Of a stretch of 64,000 bases of DNA, positions 1 through 9,624 are shown in pieces. A program made the position numbers and the translations under genes. Source of the stretch: Legionellales bacterium. Its GTDB lineage: Bacteria; Pseudomonadota; Gammaproteobacteria; JAHCLG01. The stretch spans positions 930-64,929 of the forward strand of contig JAHCLG010000008.1 of NCBI GenBank assembly GCA_026125385.1. The letters are read 5' to 3'. Position 1 is the first letter of the stretch, and each line of letters opens with the position of its first letter. The notes beneath the pieces are model-generated. The model was not told the origin of the DNA and made no database searches. It saw nothing but the letters and a program-made list of their open reading frames with translations.

Positions 1-72
1 GCCACGTAACCACCAGGGTGTTTGAAATGGGATTATTGTTTCCATACCATGTAACCTTTTATTAAGTTTGCC

Positions 73-163
73 GTAGCCTGGAACGGAGCTTAGCTGCGAT
101 CCAGGATCGAAGTTTTAAAAAACTCTGGTTCCTGGATCTTCGCTGCGCTCCGTTCCAGGCTAC
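73..163. repeat. REP-A palindromic element copy 1, immediately 3' of uvrA (probably also its terminator hairpin)
   Basis: Outer arms gtagcctggaacggagc / gctccgttccaggctac are perfect 17-nt reverse complements. Inner gatccagga / tcctggatc also pair. Related copies at 9550, 12086, 44742, 45925. Confidence 0.75.
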
Positions 164-165
164 AT

Positions 166-3021
166 TCAATCCAGGCTTGCTAATTCTGGTGATTTTTTGG
201 GGGTTAATATTTTTTTTAAAAAATGAGCGGTATAGGAAGTTTTATGCCGCGCCACCTGTTCTGGTGTTCCCGTCACCATAATTTCTCCGCCTTTATTGCC
301 GCCTTCTGGGCCTAAATCGATAATCCAATCGGCGGTTTTAATCACATCTAAATTATGTTCAATCACCACCACAGTATTGCCATTATCACGTAAATCATGC
401 AACACTTTTAATAATTGTTCGACATCGTAAAAATGCAAACCGGTTGTGGGTTCGTCTAAAATATATAACGTATTTCCGGTATCGCGTCGCGATAATTCTT
501 TGGCTAATTTTACCCGTTGCGCTTCACCCCCTGATAATGTGGTTGCTGATTGTCCTAAACGAATATAAGCCAGTCCCACATCGATTAATGTTTGGCATTT
601 GCGTGCAATAGCAGGGATGGCATCAAAAAATTGCCGCGCTTCTTCTACGGTGAGTTGTAACACGTCGTGAATATTTTTTCCTTTATAGCGAATTTCTAAG
701 GTTTCACGATTATAGCGTTTACCCTGACAAATATCGCAAGGCACATACATATCCGCCATAAAATGCATTTCAACTCGCAATACGCCATCGCCTTGACACG
801 CTTCGCAACGCCCGCCTTTAACATTAAAACTAAATCGTCCGAGTTTATATCCGCGCGAGCGCGCTTCTTGTGTGCCGGCAAATAATTCACGAATTGGGGT
901 AAACATTCCTGTATAGGTGGCCGCATTGGAGCGGGGTGTGCGACCAATGGGGCTTTGATCGATATCGACTACTTTATCTAAATGTTTCAATCCATTAATA
1001 GCATCGTAAGGGCCAATCTCTAACGTGCTGGCGCCATTTAATTCGGTGGCGACTAACGGATATAACGTATCGTTAATTAAACTCGATTTTCCTGAACCAG
1101 AAACGCCGGTAACACACACAAATAATCCGAGTGGAATGGTTAAATTAACCGATTTTAAATTATTGCAGCGTGCGCCGGTTAATTCTAATAATTTATTTTT
1201 ATTGAACGGTGTGCGTTGTTTAGGAATTTGAATTTGGCGTTGCTGCGATAAATATTGTCCGGTTAATGATTTTTTATTTTTCATGATCATCGCAGGCGTG
1301 CCTTCGGCAACAATTTCTCCTCCGTGCACACCGGCACCTGGGCCAATATCAATCACATAATCTGCGGTTAAAATGGCATCTTCATCGTGCTCTACCACTA
1401 ACACGGTATTACCAATATCACGCAAATGCGTTAATGTTTTTAATAAACGTTCATTATCGCGTTGATGCAATCCAATCGAAGGTTCATCGAGAATATACAT
1501 CACGCCCACTAATCCTGAACCAATTTGGCTGGCTAAACGGATGCGTTGTGCTTCGCCCCCCGATAAAGTATCGGCGCTGCGATCGAGGGTTAAATAATCT
1601 AAACCGACATTGACTAAAAATTTTAAACGTTCATTGATTTCTTTAATAATGCGTTGAGCAATCTTACCGCGGTGGCCACTTAACGTTAAATTGAAAAAAT
1701 AATCGTGGCATTGCCCCACGGGCAGCGCGCAAATCGCCGGTAAATTATAGCCTTCAATTAAAACATGACGCGCCGATTCGCGTAAGCGTGTGCCTTGGCA
1801 ATCTTGACAAGCATGCGTCGTTAAATATTTTGCTAATTCTTCACGCACCATGTTAGATTCCGTTTCGCGATAACGGCGTTGCATATTGGGAATAACGCCT
1901 TCAAAGGTGTGTTTACGACGATAACTATCGCCACGATCATTTTCATATTTAAAATTAATAATTTCTTCGCCGCTACCGTATAAAATAATGTCTTGAATTT
2001 TTTTCGGTAATTTTATGTAGGGTTTTTCTAAATCGAATTTATAATGCGTTGCTAGGGATTGCAGCATTTGAAAATAATAGGGATTACGTTTATCCCAACC
2101 GCGCACAGCACCTTCTGCTAAACTGGCATTAGGTTCGCGCGCAATGCGTTTGGGATCGAATTCTTGTTGCACGCCTAAGCCATCGCAGGTGGCGCAAGCA
2201 CCGACCGGATTATTAAACGAAAATAATCGTGGCTCTAATTCCGCTAACGAATAACCGCAATGGGGACAAGCAAATTTACTGGAAAAAATAATATCGGCTT
2301 GCTCATTTTCCATAAATCCTACTTTAGCGAGACCATCTGCTAAATTTAAAGCGGTTTCTAAGGATTCTGCCAAACGTAATTGTAAATCGTCGCGTACTTT
2401 GACGCGATCGACAATCACGTCAATATCGTGTTTGCGGCGTAAATCTAAATTTGGCACCTGATCTAATTCATAGAGTGTGCCATCAATGCGAGCGCGCACA
2501 AATCCTTGGCTGCGTAATTCATTCATGAGCTGAATATGTTCGCCTTTACGTCCTTGCACCACCGGTGCCAAAATCATAATTTTAGTGTCAAGTGGCAACG
2601 ATAAAATGTGATCGACCATTTGACTGATGGTTTGCGCATTGAGAGCAATGCCATGTTGAGGGCAATGCGGTTGCCCGACGCGTGCGAATAATAAGCGTAA
2701 ATAATCGTGAATTTCGGTGATGGTTCCAACGGTCGAACGAGGATTATGCGATGTCGATTTTTGTTCGATGGAAATGGCAGGTGACAAGCCTTCAATATAA
2801 TCCACATCCGGTTTTTCCATCATCGATAAAAACTGCCGCGCATAGGCGGATAAGGATTCGACATAGCGGCGTTGCCCTTCAGCATAGAGCGTATCAAAAG
2901 CTAACGAGGATTTTCCCGAACCCGATAAGCCGGTGATAACAATGAGTTTATCGCGAGGAATGGTCAACTCAATATTTTTTAAATTGTGGGTGCGCGCGCC
3001 TTTAATGTGGATGTGATCCAT
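166..3021 (-). CDS. uvrA: Excinuclease ABC subunit A
   Basis: Two ABC modules (Walker [11 protein letters not shown] and [10 protein letters not shown], two LSGGEAQR signatures) and CxxC zinc modules. N-terminus [17 protein letters not shown] matches UvrA, so ATG at 3021 is preferred to the TTG at 3033 of the ORF track. Confidence 0.97.
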   Translation of the reverse strand: MDHIHIKGARTHNLKNIELTIPRDKLIVITGLSGSGKSSLAFDTLYAEGQRRYVESLSAYARQFLSMMEKPDVDYIEGLSPAISIEQKSTSHNPRSTVGTITEIHDYLRLLFARVGQPHCPQHGIALNAQTISQMVDHILSLPLDTKIMILAPVVQGRKGEHIQLMNELRSQGFVRARIDGTLYELDQVPNLDLRRKHDIDVIVDRVKVRDDLQLRLAESLETALNLADGLAKVGFMENEQADIIFSSKFACPHCGYSLAELEPRLFSFNNPVGACATCDGLGVQQEFDPKRIAREPNASLAEGAVRGWDKRNPYYFQMLQSLATHYKFDLEKPYIKLPKKIQDIILYGSGEEIINFKYENDRGDSYRRKHTFEGVIPNMQRRYRETESNMVREELAKYLTTHACQDCQGTRLRESARHVLIEGYNLPAICALPVGQCHDYFFNLTLSGHRGKIAQRIIKEINERLKFLVNVGLDYLTLDRSADTLSGGEAQRIRLASQIGSGLVGVMYILDEPSIGLHQRDNERLLKTLTHLRDIGNTVLVVEHDEDAILTADYVIDIGPGAGVHGGEIVAEGTPAMIMKNKKSLTGQYLSQQRQIQIPKQRTPFNKNKLLELTGARCNNLKSVNLTIPLGLFVCVTGVSGSGKSSLINDTLYPLVATELNGASTLEIGPYDAINGLKHLDKVVDIDQSPIGRTPRSNAATYTGMFTPIRELFAGTQEARSRGYKLGRFSFNVKGGRCEACQGDGVLRVEMHFMADMYVPCDICQGKRYNRETLEIRYKGKNIHDVLQLTVEEARQFFDAIPAIARKCQTLIDVGLAYIRLGQSATTLSGGEAQRVKLAKELSRRDTGNTLYILDEPTTGLHFYDVEQLLKVLHDLRDNGNTVVVIEHNLDVIKTADWIIDLGPEGGNKGGEIMVTGTPEQVARHKTSYTAHFLKKILTPKKSPELASLD

Positions 3022-3237
3022 GGCAATACTCAATTGGCTGTTAGGATGGGCGTATTATAACGAATTGGATATGTAAGGCATATAGCAGCAAGCGAAGATG
3101 TCGAAGAGTTATTGTGAAAAGGATAAACCACTCACCCTGGCGGGAATCGATGACTCTGTAATAAATCCTTAATATTTTTTCTTTATAATTGCTGGCTTAT
3201 TTGAAAATAATAATAATATGAAGAGAGTTTTCGTAGC

Positions 3238-5526
3238 ATGTTCTCAAGAATAAACACTGCCCTATCTACTGTTCGCAGTCAAATAAATAATTTTGTATCG
3301 TTTTTTTCTCCCTCTTCGGTGGAATCATCTGAATTTGACCCCATTGAAGTTTGGCAGCGATTTCAACGTGAAATTGAAGCACGTCTAAAAAATCAATTGC
3401 ATTATTCTGACGATCAAATTGAATTTGCTTTAGACGTTTTCAGACATCATATTTTGACCTGGTATGAGAATGAAGGTAACTATAATCCACAACGCAAGCC
3501 ACCTCGGGCTGTATTGAATAAAGCGCTTAGGGAATGTAACGTTTATTTTCGTAATATCAGTCCAGTGATGGCGGAATTTCATCAGGGTAAAATTGGGTTA
3601 TATGAAATTAATATTTTTTTACAAAAAGGTTTAAAAACTCGTCACAAAAATATTTATCAAAAATACTATGAATTATTAGTATCCAAGATAGACGATATCC
3701 TGTTAACCACAGCGTTTGCTGCTGATATGGAAAAAATTAATAATCTTGCTGGCTTTAATCAGCTCGTTGAGTTTTATCAACAAACATTGAATTTATCCCC
3801 TAGCCAATTAAATACGTTATTAATGCCTTATCAACAACAGTATAAAAATTATTTTAGTGATATCAGTCCCATCCCAGAAGAGTATCAGCAAGGTAAAATG
3901 GGTTTATACAAAATTTATCTTTTAGGTTCACAAACCAAACACGTAGATATTTATCAAAACTATTACCAATTTATCTTAAATACAATCACTAATAGCCAAT
4001 TAAAAAAGGCCTTTGCTGCTGATGTGAAAAAAAGCAATACGATTAGCGAGCTTGATCAGTTAGTGGAGTTTTATCGTCGGACGTTTAAATTATCCACTAG
4101 TCAATTAAATAAGTTATTACTTCCTTATCAAGATCATTCAAAATATGGTGAACGCGTTCAGGAAATGTTAGACGCGACGACTGAGGTTCACCCACAAAAA
4201 AATTCTGGAATTTCTTGGGGGAAATTGTTAGCCGGCGCTGCTGCTCTGCTATTACAATTTCGCGGTATTGCGGGGAGTAAAATTAGTTTGCGCGGGGAAC
4301 ACTCTGATAAGGATAATTATCAATTACAAAGCGATTGCTCACCCGACAAAATTCACATGGAATGCTATCTTAACAATTATTATATCGCAGGTGATAGACT
4401 TTTTCCCTTTTTTGGAGATAGTAGCATAGAATCCTATTTTAGCACTCAGCCTTATTTAATCTGCCGCATGACATTATCTCCTCCGCTGACCATTCCAAAT
4501 GATAGCCGTTTTTTTAGTGATTTTTTTACTCCGCGTCGATTACCTGGCGACTTATCGTTTCTCGAAAAGCCACCCCTAGTACCATTTCCTGATGAAGTAT
4601 CGGGTCTTGATATAACTCTTTTTGGTCCCTTACGGCGAGCTGGCACATTTGAGTTTAACTTGAATGGAAAAGCCATTTGTAAAACGGATGGTACAACAGT
4701 TGAAAATAATAATACCCAAATTATCAACATTGTGGGTGGTGAATTAATCGCTAATCAACATTATTTAGGCAATCAGCCGAATCAAGTATTCTCTCATATT
4801 AGGATTATTCCCGACAATTTTGCCGCTTTTGGGAGTGTTAGTGTTGATAATAACACGACACAGCGCCTGAGTGTTACAGCAGCCAGGGACTTAACCACAA
4901 CCCCCGAATGCCCACAAAGTGTTAGTGTAAAAAACATTCAAGCCGCTTTGATGCTCAATGACCGCCAACTCACCGAAATTAATACGGACGTTACCATTAA
5001 GCAACCCTCTCTAACCTTAGCCCCAATTCAGGAGCAACAGTTTAATCCTAACACGGGTGTATTACAGTTTACGTTACCGATTACCACCAATAGTGCTAAT
5101 ATCAACGTTACCGTAGATAATCACACTATTTTTCGGGGTAATCCACGAGATTTTGATGGACGCTTTGCTTTATCTCGTGCGTCGAACGATACGACCTATC
5201 GCAATATTACGATAACACCTAATTGTGGGTCTGCGAAAAGTGTTCAAGTATTTGTGCCTGCTAAACCCAATGCGACGAACTCAACGTCTCCAACCAACAC
5301 CACCTCTGATAATCCACCTGAAGCCGTGAATTCATCATCGAGTGATCCGAGATTAGTGATTGGACTGAGTGCTGGAGGTGGTGCTGCGGTGGTGGTGCTG
5401 GCTCTTGTGGCTTGTTGCCTGAAACGTAAAGGCAGTACCAACACAGCAACTGGCCAGGATCAGAATATGGAAGTTGAAATGGATAGTACGAATCATACAC
5501 CTCGACCCACCACCTCAACGGGTTAA
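3238..5526 (+). CDS. Orphan 762-aa membrane protein: duplicated ~100-aa helical module, internal TM, sequon-rich domain, S/T/N/P stalk, C-terminal TM plus basic tail
   Basis: Long clean ORF. Internal repeat NISPVMAEFHQGKIGLYEI...SPSQLNTLLMPYQ vs DISPIPEEYQQGKMGLYKI...STSQLNKLLLPYQ. Hydrophobic segments WGKLLAGAAALLLQF and LVIGLSAGGGAAVVVLALVACCL followed by KRKG. No family recognised. Confidence 0.7.
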   Translation: MFSRINTALSTVRSQINNFVSFFSPSSVESSEFDPIEVWQRFQREIEARLKNQLHYSDDQIEFALDVFRHHILTWYENEGNYNPQRKPPRAVLNKALRECNVYFRNISPVMAEFHQGKIGLYEINIFLQKGLKTRHKNIYQKYYELLVSKIDDILLTTAFAADMEKINNLAGFNQLVEFYQQTLNLSPSQLNTLLMPYQQQYKNYFSDISPIPEEYQQGKMGLYKIYLLGSQTKHVDIYQNYYQFILNTITNSQLKKAFAADVKKSNTISELDQLVEFYRRTFKLSTSQLNKLLLPYQDHSKYGERVQEMLDATTEVHPQKNSGISWGKLLAGAAALLLQFRGIAGSKISLRGEHSDKDNYQLQSDCSPDKIHMECYLNNYYIAGDRLFPFFGDSSIESYFSTQPYLICRMTLSPPLTIPNDSRFFSDFFTPRRLPGDLSFLEKPPLVPFPDEVSGLDITLFGPLRRAGTFEFNLNGKAICKTDGTTVENNNTQIINIVGGELIANQHYLGNQPNQVFSHIRIIPDNFAAFGSVSVDNNTTQRLSVTAARDLTTTPECPQSVSVKNIQAALMLNDRQLTEINTDVTIKQPSLTLAPIQEQQFNPNTGVLQFTLPITTNSANINVTVDNHTIFRGNPRDFDGRFALSRASNDTTYRNITITPNCGSAKSVQVFVPAKPNATNSTSPTNTTSDNPPEAVNSSSSDPRLVIGLSAGGGAAVVVLALVACCLKRKGSTNTATGQDQNMEVEMDSTNHTPRPTTSTG

Positions 5527-5723
5527 AATAAATTCTGTTAATGTTGCTCCGCCGGTAATGCGGCGATTCTTGCATTAACTATTTCTTGAACTGCTTCACG
5601 AAACTCATTGGCAACAACGTCACCGCTCGCTGATGAAATATCTGGGCTAGATTCAAGTTGCAATATTGAAACCCTTTCACCATACTACAAATGTCGCAAC
5701 GAGAAACTTTTGTAGGTGATGAA

Positions 5724-5951
5724 ATGGGTATTCCAATACGAATTAGTAAAACCATTTATGACGACGCTAAAAAGATAGCACATGCGGAATGCCGTTCTAT
5801 TCCCAATCAAATCGAGTTTTGGGCGAAAATAGGAAAATGCGCACTGGATAATCCAGACTTACCAACGGAATTTATAAAAGATCTTTTAATCTCAAAAAAC
5901 ACTGATCGTTCACTCGCTGAACCTTTTGATTTTGAGGAAAAAAGTGACTAA
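5724..5951 (+). CDS. ParD-like antitoxin (type II TA)
   Basis: IRISKTIYDDAKKIAHAECRSIPNQIEFWAKIGKCALDNPDLPTEFIKDLL resembles ParD-like antitoxins from memory. AGGTGA lies 4 nt before the ATG at 5724. The stop overlaps the GTG of the toxin frame (GTGACTAA). Confidence 0.7.
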   Translation: MGIPIRISKTIYDDAKKIAHAECRSIPNQIEFWAKIGKCALDNPDLPTEFIKDLLISKNTDRSLAEPFDFEEKSD

Positions 5952-6367
5952 CATAACGATAAAACAAATGCCCGCCTTTAAAAAAAGCTTATAAAAAGCT
6001 CCATCCACAGGAAAAAATAAGCGTTAATGAAGCCATCCATGAGATTATCAAGAACCCAAACGTAGGCGAAGAAAAAAAAGGTGATTTAGCTGGTGTGTAT
6101 GTTTATAAGTTTAAAATCCATCACCAAGAAACTCTACTGGCTTGTGAGTGGGATCCTAAGGAACGGTTACTATTGGCATTAGGCGTTCACGAAAACTTTT
6201 ATCGTGATCTAAGAGCCTGTTCAAAGTCTCCAAGCTTGAGTCAGAAAGTGTCGATTTTTGAGCACCGGAGCGCAGTTTACACGTCAGTAAATGAGCACCG
6301 GAGCACAGAAAATCGGCAGTTTATGACCAAGATTGGAGACTTTGAACAGGCTCTAAAGAAGCGGTAA
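5944..6367 (+). pseudogene. ParE-like (RelE/ParE superfamily) toxin, disrupted by a +1 frameshift in an A7 run and by a MITE at its 3' end
   Basis: The GTG 5944 frame gives VTNITIKQMPAFKKSL, then TAA at 5992. Deleting one A of the run 5980-5986 joins it to AYKKLHPQEKISVNEAIHEIIKNPNVGEEKKGDLAGVYVYKFKIHHQETLLACEWDPKERLLLALGVHENFYRDL. From 6212 the frame reads into MITE-B up to the stop at 6365. Confidence 0.6.
6212..6354. mobile_element. MITE-B copy 1 (143 bp, 22-nt perfect terminal inverted repeats)
   Basis: agagcctgttcaaagtctccaa ... ttggagactttgaacaggctct. The interior is largely self-complementary with a direct repeat gagcaccggagc x2. A second copy at 54982-55124 has the same length and roughly 90 percent identity by eye. 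Confidence 0.7.
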
Positions 6368-6489
6368 CAACCTCATTCGCTATAACGACCTCATTCCTAG
6401 GAGTTATACCCATTCTAATCAGTTTCATGCCTTGGCAGCATCTGTTAGAATGGCGACCTCTGTTGAATTCACCAGGAAAATAAATATCA

Positions 6490-7857
6490 ATGAATCCGCA
6501 AGAACGTAAAGCCACGTTCAGTTTAGCCAGTATTTTCGCGCTGCGCATGTTAGGATTATTCCTCATTTTGCCCGTGTTTTCCATCTATGTAAAAACGCAT
6601 TTGCCTGGCACTACTTTGTTTTTAGTCGGCATTGCCTTAGGTGTTTATGGGTTAACGCAAGCGTTATTGCAAATTCCCTTCGGCGCGTTATCCGATCGCT
6701 TCGGGCGTAAACCCATTATTGCATTCGGTTTAGTGTTGTTCGCCAGCGGTAGTATCGTTGCGGCATTAGCGCATTCCATTCACGGGATCATCATTGGCCG
6801 CGCCTTGCAAGGTGCCGGCGCGATTGGTTCTACGACTTTAGCGTTGGTGGCCGATTTAACCAGCGAAGAAAATCGCACTAAAGCCATGGCAACGGTGGGC
6901 ATGACCATTGGTTTAGCATTTTCCCTCGCCTTTATTGCGGGTCCTATTTTAAACGCATGGATTGGCGTGCCAGGTATTTTTTGGTTAACCGCTATTTTTT
7001 CTCTATTGGGCATTTTAGTCTTATTTTTACAAGTCCCAAATCCAAAAAAATCAGTCTTTCATCGCGATACTGAGGCGATGCCCTCGCAAATCTTAACTAC
7101 TTTAAAAAATCCTGAATTATTACGTTTAAATTTAGGCATTTTTTCGTTACATGCCAGTTTAACGGCACTGTTTTTAGTTGTCCCCGTTACCCTGCAACAC
7201 ATTGCTAATATTCATGCCCATGATCAATGGATTATTTATTTACCCGTATTAATCCTCGCGTTTTTTACCATGCTACCGTTTATCATTATCGCGGAAAAAA
7301 AACGAAAAATTAAACCCATTTTTACCAGTGCCATTTTAGTCTTATTGTTTGCGCAAGCAGGATTATTGAGCTTGCAAACTTCTGCGCTTGGCACTGCACT
7401 GTGTTTATTTGTTTATTTCACTGGGTTTACATTGCTCGAAGCGCTATTACCCTCTTTAATTTCTAAAATTGCTCCCAGCACTCATAAAGGTACGGCAATG
7501 GGAATTTATTCCAGTTCACAATTTTTGGGTATTTTTATCGGTGGCGTTTGTGGAGGCTTTTTATATAGTCATTTTCAACAAAACGGCGTGTTTGCGTTTG
7601 GTAGTTTATTGTGTTTGCTGTGGTGGTTGTTTGCCATCAGCATGCAAAAACCGCCTCACTATGGCACCCATTTAATTAATGTCGGCCCCATAAATCCCGC
7701 ACAAGCACAGGAATTAACGCGTGCTTTTTTAGCGTTGCCGGGTGTTGCAGAAGCCGTGGTTTTGGTTGAAGATGGCATTGCTTATTTGAAAGTCGATAAT
7801 CAAATTGTCGATAAAAATGCATTGCATCGGTTTGCAGTCAATGAACACAACGTTTAG
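6490..7857 (+). CDS. MFS transporter, YajR-like (12 TM plus soluble C-terminal domain)
   Basis: MFS loop motif GALSDRFGRKP, about 12 hydrophobic helices, and a ~70-aa hydrophilic C-terminal extension as in E. coli YajR (similar length). Confidence 0.85.
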   Translation: MNPQERKATFSLASIFALRMLGLFLILPVFSIYVKTHLPGTTLFLVGIALGVYGLTQALLQIPFGALSDRFGRKPIIAFGLVLFASGSIVAALAHSIHGIIIGRALQGAGAIGSTTLALVADLTSEENRTKAMATVGMTIGLAFSLAFIAGPILNAWIGVPGIFWLTAIFSLLGILVLFLQVPNPKKSVFHRDTEAMPSQILTTLKNPELLRLNLGIFSLHASLTALFLVVPVTLQHIANIHAHDQWIIYLPVLILAFFTMLPFIIIAEKKRKIKPIFTSAILVLLFAQAGLLSLQTSALGTALCLFVYFTGFTLLEALLPSLISKIAPSTHKGTAMGIYSSSQFLGIFIGGVCGGFLYSHFQQNGVFAFGSLLCLLWWLFAISMQKPPHYGTHLINVGPINPAQAQELTRAFLALPGVAEAVVLVEDGIAYLKVDNQIVDKNALHRFAVNEHNV

Positions 7858-7887
7858 TATTATTGGATCTTAATAGGAGACACTCAC

Positions 7888-8349
7888 ATGGCTAGAGGTA
7901 TTAATAAAGTTATTTTAATTGGTAATTTAGGCAACGATCCCGAAGTGCGTTACATGCCCAACGGCAGCCCTGTTGCCACCGTGAGCATTGCAACGTCCGA
8001 TGCCTGGAAAGATAAAAATGGCGAATTGCAAGAACGCACCGAATGGCATCGCGTGGTTTTTTTCAATCGTCTTGCAGAAATTGTGAAAGAATATTTGCAT
8101 AAAGGTTCTAAACTGTATATCGAAGGCAGTCTGCGCACACGCAAATGGCAAGATAAAAATGGCGTCGATCGCTATACCACAGAAATTATTGGTAGCGAAA
8201 TGCAAATGTTGGATTCGCGCGGAGCAGGTAGTAATAAGCAACAACAAAATAATTTCAGTGCTCCACCTACGCAAGAGGATTATTCGCAAATGCCAGAAGC
8301 CTCTTCCAGCGCCCCAGTCACCGGCTTTGATGACGATATTCCGTTTTAA
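7888..8349 (+). CDS. ssb: Single-stranded DNA-binding protein
   Basis: OB-fold N-terminus [26 protein letters not shown], Gln/Pro-rich linker, acidic tail DDDIPF. Confidence 0.97.
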   Translation: MARGINKVILIGNLGNDPEVRYMPNGSPVATVSIATSDAWKDKNGELQERTEWHRVVFFNRLAEIVKEYLHKGSKLYIEGSLRTRKWQDKNGVDRYTTEIIGSEMQMLDSRGAGSNKQQQNNFSAPPTQEDYSQMPEASSSAPVTGFDDDIPF

Positions 8350-8397
8350 AAACTCCTGAACACTTCAGTAACGTAAACAGCACATCAAAGAGCACAA

Positions 8398-8432
8398 GTA
8401 GGTTGGGTTGAGCAATCGCGAAACCCAACTTG
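8398..8432. repeat. 34-nt hairpin element copy 1
   Basis: gtaggttgggttgagcaatcgcgaaacccaacttg with stem gttgggtt / aacccaac. A related copy lies at 10436-10470. Confidence 0.55.
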
Positions 8433-8658
8433 CTGAATAGGTTAATTGGTGGATTTTGCTTCTCTTAATCCAATCAACTGCTTACTACTATACCGCTCGC
8501 CAATGAAGATGCGGGGAGTCGGAGATTAAGTCGCAGGCGTTAGGTAATAAGTGCGTTCGCTAAGCTTTCGCAAAAAAAAGAGGAAAAATAGGTGCTTATT
8601 AGGATAACTCACTTCGACAATCAGTGAAAATTTCTAACCCTAGATTTTGGCTTCAGCC

Positions 8659-8704
8659 GCATCTTAAAGTGCGTTGGGTATATACCCAACGCACTTCAAG
8701 ATGC
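8659..8704. repeat. 46-bp near-perfect palindrome upstream of the MNT-like gene (candidate operator)
   Basis: gcatcttaaagtgcgttgggtat | atacccaacgcacttcaagatgc, 23-nt arms with one mismatch. The GGGTAT/ATACC motif recurs at 8715-8750. Confidence 0.7.
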
Positions 8705-8745
8705 GCCCCTTGATCATACCAATAATGGGTATTATAATACCAATT

Positions 8746-9351
8746 ATGGGAACAATAGACTCTAACCTTTCAAATGTCCTATTCTCTAAAGTACGGCAAC
8801 GCGTATTGGCCTTACTTTATGGTCAGCCTGATCGTAGTTTTCATACCAATGAAATTATCCGGTTAACCTTCTCAGGAACTGGGGCCGTTCAGAGAGAGCT
8901 TGAGAAATTAGCTGCTGCTGGAATAATAACGACGCACGCTATTGGTAATCAAAAGCATTATACAGCTAATTGTTCGTCACCCTTGTTTGCAGAATTACGT
9001 GGTATTGTATTAAAAACATTTGGATTAGCTGATGTGTTACGACAAGCCCTGATCCCTATTGCTTCACAGATACAAATCGCTTTTATCTATGGTTCTATTG
9101 CCAAACAACAAGACACTGCTACCAGTGATGTGGATTTGATGTTGATAGGTAATAACCTAACTTACGCCGATTTATTTAAACTACTTGAAGAAATACAAAT
9201 AAAATTAGGTCGCTCCATACACCCAACTTTTTATTCAGAAACCGAATGGACACGAAAATATCGAGCAAATAATAATTTTTTAATACAAATCACAAAGCAA
9301 CCAAAAATTTTTCTAATAGGAAATGAGGATGAGCTTGCCAGACTTAGATAA
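8746..9351 (+). CDS. wHTH plus nucleotidyltransferase protein (MNT-type antitoxin of an MNT/HEPN pair)
   Basis: N-terminal winged-helix-like LFSKVRQRVLALLYGQPDRSFHTNEIIRL. NTase signature IYGSIAKQQDTATSDVDLMLIG. ATG at 8746 is preferred because the ORF-track start 8674 is a TTG inside the palindrome. Confidence 0.7.
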   Translation: MGTIDSNLSNVLFSKVRQRVLALLYGQPDRSFHTNEIIRLTFSGTGAVQRELEKLAAAGIITTHAIGNQKHYTANCSSPLFAELRGIVLKTFGLADVLRQALIPIASQIQIAFIYGSIAKQQDTATSDVDLMLIGNNLTYADLFKLLEEIQIKLGRSIHPTFYSETEWTRKYRANNNFLIQITKQPKIFLIGNEDELARLR

Positions 9352-9505
9352 CTTAGTAAAAGCTGGGCAACTAAAAATAGAGCCCATGAATCAGTTAGAA
9401 TTTTCCGGTTTATTACGTTCAGGAGAAGCACGATTACACGATGCTACCAACTATAATTTGCTTAGAAAGACTCTAATTTATTGTTTTTTATATAGAATAA
9501 AATAA
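9323..9505 (+). pseudogene. HEPN-domain toxin, N-terminal fragment only
   Basis: MSLPDLDNLVKAGQLKIEPMNQLEFSGLLRSGEARLHDATN resembles the first ~45 aa of HEPN partners of MNT genes. It then diverges and stops, so the Rx4-6H region is absent. A REP-A fragment follows. Confidence 0.5.
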
Positions 9506-9549
9506 ATTTTTTATGAGGTGGGGTAGCTCAATGTGGGTTTTCGTGCTCT

Positions 9550-9600
9550 GATCCTGGATCCGTAGCGCAGCGAAGTTCCAGGCTAAGGCTGCGCTGTCGT
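9550..9600. repeat. REP-A partial/rearranged copy
   Basis: gatcctggatc, gcgcagcgaag and ttccaggcta blocks are shared with copy 1. gcgcagc pairs with gctgcgc. Confidence 0.5.
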
Positions 9601-9624
9601 AGTATGATGAAAAATTAAATGAGT

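Noticed and set aside
3034-3237. LexA/SOS box upstream of uvrA (and of ssb at 7858-7887).
   Set aside because: No CTGT-N8-ACAG-like motif is visible by eye. The two ctgt occurrences lack the partner half-site.
5527-5650. Minus-strand frame ...DISSASGDVVANEFREAVQEIVNARIAALPAEQH ending at about 5547, possibly a C-terminal gene remnant.
   Set aside because: I could not connect it to any family or to an upstream start. It is too short to support.
6425-6450. ttggcagcatctgttag as a sigma-54 promoter upstream of the MFS gene.
   Set aside because: GG is present, but the GC element is not at the required 10-nt spacing.
6321-6584. 87-codon minus-strand ORF overlapping the MITE-B end and the MFS start.
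   Set aside because: It spans a repeat and the 5' end of a well-supported gene on the opposite strand.
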